64,000 bases of DNA, taken from contig CBFFRP010000288.1 in the NCBI GenBank assembly GCA_965644295.1, positions 124,001-188,000 of the forward strand, read 5' to 3'. Positions 10,901 through 23,150 of the stretch are shown here, piece by piece. Every line of letters begins with the position of its first letter. Position 1 is the first letter of the stretch. The notes under the pieces are model-generated. The model searched no databases. It was not told the origin of the DNA and was given only the letters and a program-made list of their open reading frames with translations. The translations under genes and the position numbers were made by a program. This DNA comes from Paraphysomonas bandaiensis (Eukaryota > Protista > Chrysophyceae).

Positions 10901-13113
10901 ATACCCAATGTACAGTATACAACAACAATCACATACAAACATTAATAAGATTTTCATATTGGGTATTCAGATATAGTTATCGTCATCTCTTCAATAAGAC
11001 AGGTAGTGACAAAACTGTGTATCATCATAATACCCAATGTACAGTATACAACAACAATCACGTACAAACATTAATACGATATTCAGATATAGTTATCGTC
11101 ATCTCTTCAATAAGACAGGTAGTGACAAAACTATGTATCATCATAATACCCAATGTACCGAATACAACAACAATCACGTACAAACATTAATAAGATTTTC
11201 ATATTGGGTATTCAGATATAGTTATCATCATCTCTTCAATAAGACAGGTAGTGACAAAACTATATATCATCATAATACCCAATGTACAGTATACAACAAC
11301 AATCACGTACAAACATTAATACGATATTCAGATATAGTTATCGTCATCTCTTCAATAAGACAGGTAGTGACAAAACTATGTATCATCATAATACCCAATG
11401 TACCGAATACAACAACAATCACGTACAAACATTAATAAGATTTTCATATTGGGTATTCAGATATAGTTATCGTCATCTCTTCAATAAGACAGGTAGTGAC
11501 AAAACTGTGTATCATCATAATACCCCTCTTCAAATTATCTAATCTCATACAGTGTGATGGGGTTCACTTATACGTACCGTTGTCATGAACATCGAACTCC
11601 TCAGCAGTCATGTTCAAATCACCAGGGTTTCTCTGCTGAACCGTAATAGCAAATCTCTCGGCTTCCTTGGGTGTGCTCAAGACAACCAGTGCGGTCCGAC
11701 TATCAGTTGTCTCGTCCTTAGCAGGTGGGAAATCCACACGACTAATTCTGAACTGGCTGAACATTTGTTGCAACTTGAAGGCCGTCAGGTCAGACGGGAC
11801 GTTTCTGAGCATCACAGCAGGCTCTACCATCTCCCTACGCAACACAGCAACAATAAACTAAATCATAAAGCTGAGTCGCACACCCCTACTTGTATGCTGC
11901 CTTAATTTTATTTGCGCCAATATGAGATTCCTTTATCCACTTTATAGCTTCGCATGCTTCTTCTTCTGACTTAAAGTATGCAACTGCAATGTCTCCCAAC
12001 ATATCCCTTGAGCGCCATGTCACTTGCACCCGCTCAGCTTTGTTCTCCTCGACACAGAGGGTGCGAAGAAAGGTCTCATCAATACCCTTGACATTGCGAA
12101 GAAACAATGCAGGTTTCTTTATCTTCGTATGGGAGGACGACACGGGAGAAAAATTACCAAACGAGATCTGCAGGGCATCAGTGTCATTCGTTACTCAGGA
12201 CAGTAGCATTCCAGCAACATATAAAGCGTACCTTATTAAGGCTTTCCTGAATTTTTTTGTCGATAGATTCCAAACCAAACACATTATTTTCGGACAATCT
12301 AACTCGCACAGTGCAGAGACCGGATTTTGTGGACAGGGAGGCACTAGGAACTTCATTGGTCACCACATCAGAAACTGCTTTCAGGGCCGAGTTCATATCC
12401 ACCCCATGAGGAATATTATTCACATGTATGCAGTATCGTCCATCTGGTGATTTAGACATGTGTCCCTAAAAAAGCATCAGAATTTGAATCAAATTGTGGA
12501 AGTACTAACCGTCAGTGCGGTACCATCCACAGATACAGATTGAATTAATTTTAAGGATGCAAGTGCAGATTCCGCGTCCGGAAGAGTTACCTGATATCAA
12601 ATTATACACATCAACATTTGCTTATCAAAGGAAACTAACCGTAATACATCTCTTTCCACTCATCCTAACGACTTTAGGCTCAAATTTCTCAAATGAATTT
12701 TGAATATTTTCAGCAGTAACATTTGGAGGTAAATTATGCAAAACCAGAGACGGCAAACACGTACTTCTAACTGTAGCCTAATATCGAAATTATAACTATA
12801 TGACTTCTAATTATAAACAGTAATGTATTACCTTATAATTTAATTTATTTCGTATTTGTTGGGCAGCATACTCCGCAGCTGCTTCATCAACTATATGAAC
12901 AGCACATCCTGGTTCAATATCAACTTTACGATAATCAATACCATCTAATGCTTGTTCGAATGATTCTTTTGTAATAGATATTGGTAAACCTTTCACTATA
13001 ACCAATGATTTGGGATTAGGTTTCGAGGGACCAATACACAGTCTAGCTGATGGAGTTAACCAGTATTTCGCATGGCGAATTTGTCTCCCAATACGTAAAT
13101 ATTGTCTTATCAT
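7981..13113 (-). CDS. MRPS5: Mitochondrial ribosomal protein uS5 with long N-terminal multi-RRM-like extension; 11 exons, ~1026 aa
   Basis: Exons 13113-12832, 12777-12640, 12590-12510, 12465-12232, 12167-11890, 11834-11578, 10221-10079, 9994-9701, 9592-9356, 9221-8413, 8308-7981 join in frame through GT-AG introns. S5 motifs TQKITTGGRVMSYRTLVVIGNMRGVGGYGMGK and FGIVSCSCKIVGRRHPYAMIRAIFKAL. Arg-rich, acid-free N-terminus resembles a mitochondrial presequence. Confidence 0.85.
10345..11526. repeat. Intronic tandem repeat, ~9.6 units of 116/129 bp with a 619-bp higher-order period
   Basis: Unit starts (TATTCAGATATAGTTATC) at 10345, 10461, 10590, 10706, 10835, 10964, 11080, 11209, 11325, 11454. 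Confidence 0.97.
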
Positions 13114-13493
13114 GGGAGATTACCTATAGACTAATATATTATGAATTACCACGCTACTATAAGTGAAGGGTTGGTCTACAGGGTTAATGTATGTATATAT
13201 ATGCCTGCATATAAGCCACAGAGCAGTGTGTCATATATAGACAACTACATGCATAAAGTTGTGGTCATATGACTGGTGTTGGATAAGGATGTGCTGCTCG
13301 TGATGTATACTGCTGCTGATGGTGTCGTTATATTACTGTATGTGGAGTTTGATAACTCTGTATTATGGTTGTATTTCATGGTATTAATATAGTATTATAT
13401 GACTGTACTACAGCTGTATTCTCTGTTATTAGGATGCATATCTCCATATATAACTCTGTCATATGTATCTACTACGAGTATCTATCTATGAGC

Positions 13494-13542
13494 ATGTATG
13501 TATGTATGTATGTATGTATGTATGTATGTATGTATGTATGTA
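13494..13542. repeat. (TATG)n microsatellite in a divergent intergenic spacer
   Basis: About 12 direct TATG units. Confidence 0.95.
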
Positions 13543-13658
13543 CGAGTGTGTATCTACAAGTATATATACATATATACATACATACATGCATATATATATA
13601 TAGTTAAGCCATACATACAACACACACACAATCATATCATTACCTCCATATATAAACC

Positions 13659-14634
13659 ATGTCAACTATATCAAACTTTCTCTTATTCACTCTCTATCTA
13701 TTAGGATATATCAACCTATTCCCTGCTATTCCTCTCAATGAATATCCCTTAATCATGACACATGATGCCGCCACAGGCGATATCAGTCGATCTCACATAG
13801 TATCTGAATGGGCACAAACTCAAAATATTGGATTATATGATCAATTAGATTGTGGTGCTAGAAGTTTTGATTATCGACCTTATTACTTTAATGGTACACT
13901 CTATGCGCATCATGGTGGGGTCAAGATCAACAAGCCTATGAAAGAGGCTGTTACAGAAGTCATTGAATGGTGTAATATTCACACCAGTGAATTAGTTGTA
14001 TTTTATGTTAATTCATGTGATGGTGATGATGGATGCAGAGAAGCTGCTATTGATTTGCTCGTGTCTTTAGGGATATATACCATTACAGATTGCTCGGAAC
14101 TTACTGGCCTTTCTGTCGAAGATGCTATTTCCCTTAGCACTTTATCCGGAGGAGGGTCCCTTCTGGGGTTGTATGATTGTGTTTCTGAGCAGTATGATTC
14201 TACTGTAAACTGTTATGGGAAGGGATACGCCTGCTACGAGTCATGGGATAGAGAGTCGACAGATATCCCATGGGATAAGATGCAGTCGTATTTAATCGGT
14301 GCTACGAAAGAAGTTCCAACTACAGATGGGCGCCTGTGGATGGCTCAGGTGTGTATAACACATTGTGTTGACTGCACTTCTGCTTCATTGTAAATTTTCC
14401 ATACAAATTAATAAAGCCGATGGTATGTAGGCTCATTGGCAGTCCACTGCAGAAAGTATTGCTATAGGTACTTTACACAATAGCTCCCTCCTCTTGGATG
14501 AGAGCCGGTCTAACATGAATGGTTGGATGGCAGAAGCGATAACGAAACGGACATTTCAACACTTAAATATAGTCGAAGTCGACAATGTATGTGATAATGG
14601 GATTGCTATATACAATGCCATCAAGGCGTTGTAA
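13659..14634 (+). CDS. Secreted PI-PLC X-domain (PLC-like phosphodiesterase) protein, 2 exons, ~297 aa
   Basis: Signal-peptide-like N-terminus; MTHDA, QTQ..LYDQLDCGARSFDYRP, HHG. Exons 13659-14348 and 14431-14634. Confidence 0.85.
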
Positions 14635-15279
14635 TCGCAAACTAGGCAATTGTTATCAGGCCTAATTTGTTTGTAATTTTGTGTTTTGTGTAACATCCGC
14701 CTGCTCCCTTGTTGATTATGAGTGTCAATTATTCTATTAAAGCTAATGATAAAGTTTATGAGATTCAAAATACTCGTCCAAAGCAGTAAAATATTTCGAG
14801 AATATGGGCTTGACGAAATTGTATTAACAAGCACCAGCTTCGGTCCTAATATATTACACAGGGGTGTTAAACTACTACCACTCAGTTATTAAATTTATAG
14901 TGCCACATTAGACAAATGTCAGTATCGTAATAAGTGTTGCTTCAGTACTCAAACACAGGAACCATCAATATTGCAGTGCGTATATTAAAGTCGAGTGATC
15001 GTGAAACGTAAGTGATTTCATCAGGTTTTATATATGGAAAAGTGTCATATAAGTACTTATTAGAAAACTATGGTGACGCTAAATACAATTTAGTTGTTGT
15101 ATTTTTCAATTATATATATTTTGAAAACATTTCACTGAAATAAGAAATATAGTATTATATTTTATATTGTTAATTTTTATATCAATTCTACTGTAAAAAT
15201 ACTTATGAAAAGCTCACACCAACGAACATATATACTATACACAGACACAGTGTAGTTTCTAACAAAATATTACAGTAGT

Positions 15280-16584
15280 TAATGAAAAAAAAGGAAGAGA
15301 TATTTGCAGCCAGGGATAGGGAACAATATATTGTATTGCAACACATTGTACAATATATTGCAATATATTGTAAAATATATTGATTGGTGGACTGGTCAAA
15401 TATTCCATCAATAGTGTTTCTGCTAAAAGAGCTCACAATACTATTGCCATATATTGCAATCAATATTATGATAGTCATATAAGAGAAGATTCTCAACTGT
15501 AGGGTGCAAAATGGATATAAATAACCGAGAAATGATTACAACATTACAAAGGATAATGAAGCTGATGTTGACTATGCGACTAAAAATCTTCAGTTAGCTC
15601 AAAAAATTAAGAAACGTACAGATCCACGAGTCATTAACGGTTGCCTGGCCCTGGTATGTACTTCCAATACATGGGAACGTCTGTTCAGCACAGCTAAACA
15701 TATTATATCAGTGTTGCGCAAACGTATCCATCCTACTTAATATGCTGTTGTTTTTGAAAGCTATTCGACAGTCCCGACAGTTATGGCCGGATACTAGCAT
15801 ATTTCAATTAATTCTGTGGATGAATATGGTGATGTTGACCTCACCGATGATGGCTCAGAGGATGAGGACGAGGTGGATTTTTAGTAGCTATAAGCAGCAG
15901 TTGGTTTGGTTGTCATGTGATCTTAATGACTAATACTAAAAATGAAATCTACGGATGTGTTTACCTACTGCTTAGTCAAACTAATATATCGCAATACATT
16001 GACAATATATTGCAATATATTGTAATTGTATTGTAGGACCGGTTCAAAAAATCCATCAATATTATTGATGGAACGCTATCTAACAATAGTATTGCAATAA
16101 TATAGTGTTCCCTATCCCTGTTTGCAGCTATTTAGGGTATCCGGTTGAAGGTGAACCAACAATTCTCAAGTGCGAGGTCTGTAAATGAAGCTGACTGTTG
16201 AGAACGTTCAGAACAGTATCAAAGCAGTCTGCAGCAGTCAAACCATAGAACTTCTCTTCCTCGGGTACATTTTAATCAATACAGTGCTATAATTTGATGA
16301 ACAAGTGAATTTTGATGACAGTAGTGTATTTGATGAAGCTTTACCTGATGAACAAAAATGCATTTGTGGACGTTCTCAATAAATTCGTTATTAATATTTA
16401 GATGTTGCTTTTACTGATTAATGATACTACTATGTTGTAATATACTTAATTAAAATATATTTGTAAGCGTTTGCTACAAATTTATTATATATCAGTATTG
16501 CAATAGTAGTATTGTTGGGCCGATTTAAACACTCCATCCATAATATTGACGGAACGCTCTCGAATATGTTGTTGCCTAGCCCTG
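15280..16584 (+). mobile_element. Older degenerate hAT-A-related copy interrupted by the 15311-16120 insertion
   Basis: Joined flanks read KGRDICSYLGYPVEGEP, similar to KSRDIYRCFWSPVEGVP; VFDEALPDEQK remnant near 16325; right end GTTGCCTAGCCCTG at 16571-16584. Left boundary approximate. Confidence 0.7.
15311..16120 (+). mobile_element. Non-autonomous hAT family A deletion derivative, 810 bp
   Basis: TIRs CAGGGATAGGGAAA/C...GTTCCCTATCCCTG; perfect TSD TTTGCAGC (15303-15310, 16121-16128); ends match 33501-35505; retains the SNTWERLFSTAK remnant. Confidence 0.95.
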
Positions 16585-16599
16585 ATACCTGCTACAACC

Positions 16600-16823
16600 T
16601 GAGTCTATTGCCAATTATTTGTGACCCTACTCTGGTAAAATAATATGGAGCACTATGATGATTAATAATGTTGATTTCTGCGTGCAAATTGGCTTCTTTG
16701 GGATGTGATTATAGCGCAAATAGAAGTTATTCTTAAATAGAAGGCAATTAGTGGGATGCTTGATTAATAATTGCTATTACTATTGTTAGATATTTGTCAG
16801 CAATTAATTGTTACGCAAGCCTG
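16600..16823. mobile_element. Isolated hAT end
   Basis: CAATTAATTGTTACGCAAGCCTG at 16801-16823; the partner end was not found. Confidence 0.6.
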
Positions 16824-16882
16824 ATAGTTGTCTATTATCTATTTTGCACAGTAGATAGGTTTTTATACCTTGTGAGCAGCAT

Positions 16883-17210
16883 TGTTGAGTTCTGCGTATG
16901 ATGCAATATAAGTGAGTTAACAGTGCGCAATAGGCGAAGAGATTTCATAGTTGTAACGGGTGATTATAGTTACAAAGGAATTAAATTCAGTTTATTAAAA
17001 TCAGTTACTGATGTGTGACTATAGAAGATATAGGAGTGACTGGTGAACATATGATAAACAGTTATTGTTGAGAACAGATGTTCACCATCATATGTTGTAA
17101 GAAGGCAATAACAAGCCACAAGTTGATAGTAAACGATAGTGTTATTAACTTGTTTTATCAGAGGTTATCTGTGATAATAATGACGAGCATTCCAATCTGT
17201 CATCTATCAC
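16883..17210 (+). repeat. LTR-like dispersed repeat
   Basis: Starts TGTTGAGTTCTGC and shares several blocks (AGTGAGTTAA, GTAACGGGTG, AACAGATGTTCAC) with the reverse complement of 48130-48588. Confidence 0.55.
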
Positions 17211-17449
17211 AGACTACACCTACAGCTCACACCTGGGACATATATATGCCCTTACTCTATACCAATCCACTGTACATATCCTACACCGTATTGTCATCAT
17301 ACACCGTGTAACGGTACCATATGTTACAAAGTGTTTAGTAGAGCAAAGTTAACTTCAGTGAAATGTTCAATTATAACAAGCACATACCATATTGTCATAA
17401 CTTGGAAAGCTTCATGGTTGCGGAAGCCATAGTCCTACACTCTACTACG

Positions 17450-18689
17450 CAGGGCTGCGTATCAATTAATTGTCAATTAATTGACGCAGGTTGTAGTCAA
17501 TTATAATTGCAATTATTACTTGCTGTCTCAATTTCAACTATTGCAATTAACTGCAATTAATTGCAATTAATTGCAATTATTTAGTACTAAAATACACTAG
17601 CTGCGAATATAGCTACCTCAACTGTCATTTCATTCCAGAGGCAACGATTCATGCGTAAAATCATAATTAGCACTAAATGTTGAGGAGTCAAGCTCTTGAG
17701 CAAGCCCGTCATAACAATCGTAGCTCTACTGAGCAACCTCTCAACCTTATTGGTTGTGCTATGCAAGTGTTTCATCCGTAACGCGTTTGCTTGTTAAGTC
17801 TTGCTCGCTTCCGCTGCCTGCTACCATCAAACAAACGTTGCGCTGCGTCGTCATTCGGAGCTAGACTCGCACCGTCATAATCTTCTTCTTCCTCATCGAA
17901 CAAATATATTTTAGTTTGATCCTTTGCCGTCCGAGTTACGGCTTCGTTGCCACATTGAATCTTCACGACTGTCTTTTCGAAAGCAGCGTTAAAAATAATA
18001 GCAGCACTGTCGCCCAGATGACGCTCAACAATCGGGTGCATTATGAAGGGTTCAGAATCGTCAATCAATGTGCAAACGTCGTGGAAGTCAAGCTGGTGTT
18101 AACCTTACTTCTGTAATTGTACTACACTTATTTTTATAATACAGGGCATAATATACATGTATATACTCTGTATATAGGTAGATAGTCCTACAATTAGACT
18201 TTTAACACATCGGAACCAAACTCGAAAGATCGCATATGATTAGATAGAAGCAAGTAGCGGTCAATCACGGAAAATGTGGAGCCCCTTTTCCTGCAGGACA
18301 AATCTCTATTGCAGCCTCTTCGTTATTATTATCATCATTTATTTACTTTCTCAAATAACACTCGTGCAATGACTTCTGGTGCCAATTTGTCGCTCCTATC
18401 GCTAATTAATTAAATGAATTACTATGTGAGATAATCCTATGGATATTATTATATCTTTCACCAATCTTCGATTTTTATCCTAAAAATGCCGTTTTTTAAC
18501 AACTTTTCAGCATAAAAAGGTGGGTTTTTAATATCAATTAATTGCAATTAATTGACAATTAATTGAAGCTAGCTGGAGTCAATTATAATTGCAATTATGA
18601 ATCGATGTCCCAATTTCAACAATTGCAATTTCAATAATTGACAATTAATTGCAATTAATTGAAAATCAATTAATTGATACGCAGCCCTG
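17450..18689 (-). mobile_element. hAT family C deletion derivative, 1240 bp
   Basis: Perfect 24-bp TIR CAGGGCTGCGTATCAATTAATTG-type ends; TSD CTACTACG (17442-17449, 18690-18697); frameshifted transposase C-terminus at 17587-18116 (FEKTVVKIQ, TTNKVERLLSRAT). Confidence 0.95.
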
Positions 18690-18949
18690 CTACTACGGTT
18701 TTAAGTCTTCTCGAATATGTACGACAAATGAGCAGGAAGTAGTACAGACCAATTAACCTAGTTTGCTGAGTTATATTCTACGATCATGTTGCTAAGTTAG
18801 TAATTGTTATTATTGTGAACTACAATATCGAGAAAATAAATGTTCTCACTCAGTTACGTTGACGGTAGAATAGGCACACATACGAACCCATCAGCAAACA
18901 AACTTTTAAACATATCACAAATACAGATCATAAGTGAAGCAGAACACTA

Positions 18950-20658
18950 CTACTTTCCCCGCCTTGTATCGAATCCAATACCGGTCATAGCAGAGAGGCG
19001 ATAGGTACCAGTCGCAGGAGACCTTGAAGAAAACTCTTCCTCTGATATAAGGCCAGTGCTCTGCATGTAGTCCTTTACAGCATTCGCCCCCTTTGCTTGA
19101 ACTTTCTGAAGATTCCTTAAATGAGCCTCCCTTTCCCATGCCTCAAGAAGGTCACGCTGCTTCTGCAGCTGATCTGCTCGTGCCATCAAACGGTCAAGTT
19201 CCAGGTCGTTCTTGATGTTATTCAACCGAACTCCTTCCTCAGCGAGCGTCTGCTGTCGCTTCAATCGCAGTTCTTCTTCATTGGTACGTATTTGCTGTTC
19301 AAGTGCCTTAAGCATCTCTTTTTTCTTTTGCTTTATTTCGTCACGCGACGGTTCTACACGCATGACCTGACCAGGCAACCCCACATGAACTTTTCCGTGT
19401 TTGTGTTCGTAAACTTCTCTTTCTTTTCTGTCCCTTACTTCTTTGATTTGACTGCGCAGAGTGTCCTGAAGTTCCGAAAGCTCCTTCTTAAACCTCTCTT
19501 TCTTAGATTTCTCCCGTTCTTGGTATTCTCTGAACAGCTTTCGACTTTGGAATTCAAGATAATCGTCATCTACTGCTGAGCTCTCCACTCGATGCAAACA
19601 ACGCTTAAAAGCCTGTTTCGCTACGCTATCACAAGCTTGCATCCTTCTTTCTATGCGCGCTGCACGGGAAAGATTCTTCTCGTCCATTGAATCCAATAGT
19701 TCCTTAAGAGCTGGAGACATGGGCGGTGCTGGACCACTGCGGTCAACATCCTTGTATGTCAAATTCAGGTTAGGGACCGCTGAACGATTGGAGTCAGGAT
19801 TTTTACTCTCAGCTGTTGCAGGAGCAGGAGAGAAAGACATACACTGGTCACCTTCACTATTAGGTCGAGAGAAACCAGTGCTACGGGATGAATCTGGCAC
19901 TTGATTAGTTTTAATACTCGGTAATGTGGAAGACATATCAAATCCATTTCTGGAGGAAGACATGGAGTTCCCAAGTGCCAAGTCTTCGCTTCTGGAAGTA
20001 CCAGCTCCAGAAAATGAGTTCGTTGATTGGGAATAGCCCAGAGTTTGTTCTGCTAACTGCTCAGCCATTGATGATGGTAAGATCTGCATTAGACGTGAAT
20101 TATCAAACTCAAACTTAATGCGACGCTCCTTGGATCGTAGCACTCCAAAGGAAAACTGAATCTCTATTTCATATATACGATCAATATAGTCGCCTATTTT
20201 CTTCAATAAATCTCTAACTCCGGCGAATATCATATCTTTAGTAAGAGTTTTTGAGAACTTGATTGCCAATTTTGAGTAGTTCACATCTTCGCATTTTGCG
20301 AGGTTTGTTGGCTTATGAAATTTACTCAAACGTATGTGATGGTCCTTCACAAAAGAATCGCCAACCATAAAAATGGGGCGACATTGATTTTCTCCATCCG
20401 CTGACGTTTTAATTTCCCACGTAAAATCACCTAGTGGAGATATTGTTGCCCCTTGTCTCCTCTTTAACCTACTCTCTATCCAAGCATTCAGAGCTTGCCA
20501 GGCTTCTTCATAAAACGGTCTCCCACGAGGATTACGCCCACGAGTAACTTCCATACGAGACCTATATACATGTTAATTATAATAGATAGAGTGTATGTAA
20601 TGAACCTTTCTTCCGAACATTCTCTTATAATGTGATCTAATGTGTATGCGGAGCTCAT
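18950..20658 (-). CDS. CCDC81: CCDC81-like protein (tandem HU-like domains plus coiled coil), 2 exons
   Basis: W..LNAWIESRLKRRQGATISPLGDFT, RPIF, VNYSKLA, IEIQFSFGVL resemble HU-CCDC81 domains. Short first exon MSSAYTLDHIIRECSEE from 20658 splices in frame. Confidence 0.72.
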
Positions 20659-20863
20659 GATTACTACAAAGATATATATGAATATAACAGAAGCGATATG
20701 AGAAGATTATAGATATGAAGATGATTAAGAGTGTGCCTTGATTCGGTCCACTATAGCAACATGAATGAAATTAATTCAACATTCAGGCGTGGTGGGCACA
20801 ATATGTTTAATAATATGCACATACATCCCAGAGCAACAACAGCCGTTATATATTTTATATGCG

Positions 20864-21013
20864 TATGTATGTATGTGTGTATGTATGTATGTATGTATGT
20901 ATGTATGTATGTATGTATGTATGTATGTATGTATGTATGTATGTATGTATGTATGTATGTATGTATGTATGTATGTATGTATGTATGTATGTATGTATGT
21001 ATGTATGTATGTA
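20864..21013. repeat. (TATG)n microsatellite, ~37 units
   Basis: Direct observation; lies between divergent genes. Confidence 0.98.
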
Positions 21014-21317
21014 TTTACGTACGTATGTACTCTGTATGTATGTACGTACAAGTATACGGCGGTACAGGTCTGGAGGAGCCCCAACAAGGACATTTTTTGG
21101 CACTACACTGTTGACGAGTATATTGATATACTCTCCAGCTACTGATAATATACGTATAGTCTATAACTATCCGATTTTGAAATATCATATAGAACACCTC
21201 AATCTATAAGACAATGAAAACAACAGACTTCATCTTTAATAACCAATCACTACCCTCACTTCTTCATTAATTAACCAATCAATTCACAGATATCATACTT
21301 CTTCTTCTTCTTATATT

Positions 21318-22969
21318 ATGAGCGAGTCATTATATAGTTATCCTTCTCGTCCTTATCATACTAATTCAGACGATGATTCAGATGATGATTTACAATCCAG
21401 TAATATTATGTCTCAATCATTTGATATAAGTCGTAAAAGAAAACGACAACCAAAGAAACCGATTCAACGTGTAGATATTACTGAATTAAGTGATGATGAT
21501 TCAGATATGGAGTTACTTAAAGTAGACAGTGATGATGAGAATACTGATACAATAGCAAAGAAAGCACGTGAAACAGTACAACAACTTTTAAGAAATCGTA
21601 CAATTGAAGATGGATTAGATACAGAAGATATGAATAATGTGGATGATACACCTGAATTGCAACGCGTCAAAGAGAGATTACGTCGATATCGTGATTCACC
21701 ATATCATGGGAGTGATACATGGGATGATAAAGAAGATGATCTTGCAGAAGAAATAAGATCTGCTAGTAATATACATGCGATTATGGCTGGTTTGCCTGTT
21801 GTACGTCGTGCGTCGGATCGTTTTTCTGGTGATTCTTTGCTGCATCTCAACATGCCTAGTCAGAGTAGTCGTGATAGTAGTAATGCCACTGTGAGCACTA
21901 TTAAGCTTCAAACTCGACTAAATGGGAAACATAAAAGGGAATGGGAATTACCGACTTCTGATTCCATGCAGAGGGTAATTATTGCATACGCTGACTTTAT
22001 GAGTAACACTTCATGTAGATGCGTGACAAATTTGCGGATGCGTATGGATTGTCTCCCAGTCAAATCTCTTTTCACTTTGATGGAAATGAGCTAGACTACT
22101 TAAAGAAACCTGAGGATTTAGAGTTGGAAGATGAAGATCTCATTGATGTCAAGGTATTTTTGTACGAGATTTTGTATAGATCATCCACCTGGTGACACGA
22201 ATAACTACCTTAGGTAGATAACTCTCTCTATTCCACTGCTGTTGAGAATGCGGAGGCCAGAAATCAGACATCTAATCCGTCTTCCTCGCGCCGTGCTTCT
22301 CAAAACAGCCTTGCTATTACTGGGCGGGTGAATACATCTAACTTCCCCTCATCCGTGGCGCCACGTAGTGGTACCTCTAGTGAAAGTGGCATGGTAACTG
22401 CTGCATCTGGTGCATGTCGGAAGGGAAGTACACCCGCTACCCTTAGATTATTCGTCGTGATACCGAAAGAGTTATCGAAATATGAAAAGGAAGATTACGT
22501 TAAACTAATCGTATTTCCTGCTTTTACATTGGAAACTATACACTCCAATGTAAGTACACGTCTTCGACCCGGTTGTGGAGACAGAGTGTATTATTCACAT
22601 CCGCATTGTGCCGAAAGAATTCCTTATAGTAACAGCGTGGAAAAAATATTTGAAGACCAGCGGCGATCAGGAATGACTGACATCGTTCCGGAAGATATTG
22701 ATATCGCTCTGAAAATACATCCTTCTCGGAAGTGGAAAATATTTGTCTGTTACGAAAATGGTACCGGAGCACCGAAGCAATTCCAAGTCTTAGTTTGGCC
22801 TGACATGAAATGTGCAGCAATGATGAAGAAAATTTCTTCAGTCTTAGGACTTGCGGAAAATCAATATCAGTTTCTGTTTAATTCTCAAGTTATAGGGGTC
22901 GGGATTGAGCAGACATTAGAGGATATTGGAGTTACGGAGAATTCCCGAATAGTGTGTCGTAGCGTTTAA
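21318..22969 (+). CDS. Rad60/Esc2/NIP45-like protein with SUMO-like domains, 3 exons, ~515 aa
   Basis: Exons 21318-21974, 22019-22153, 22214-22969. SUMO-like domain ...ISFHFDGNELDYLKKPEDLELEDEDLIDVK; C-terminal ubiquitin-like YQFLFN..QTLEDIGV; acidic N-terminus with SIM-like VDITELSDDD and NLS RKRKR. Confidence 0.72.
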
Positions 22970-23150
22970 TGCTGTTGTACTTTATAGTTGCACCTCGCTT
23001 TAGTAAATTGTCTTTAATGTGATGATAATTTCGGCAAGCGGATATTCTAATAGAAGCAATCACACGCGGTAATAGCATTACTAGTCGATAGACCTAACAA
23101 ATTTCTATAAGTTTTATGGCTCATAAAATTAGAACCTATGGGAGAGATAG

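Noticed and set aside
10345-11526. CRISPR-like array or repeat-protein ORFs on the + strand
   Set aside because: Units are repeated end to end without unique spacers, there are no cas genes, and the array lies in a spliceosomal intron; the ORFs are by-products of the repeat.
16878-17190. AGCAT as a 5-bp TSD of a solo LTR
   Set aside because: The homologous copy near 48131-48142 also contains ATGACAAGCAT, so the motif is probably internal to the repeat.
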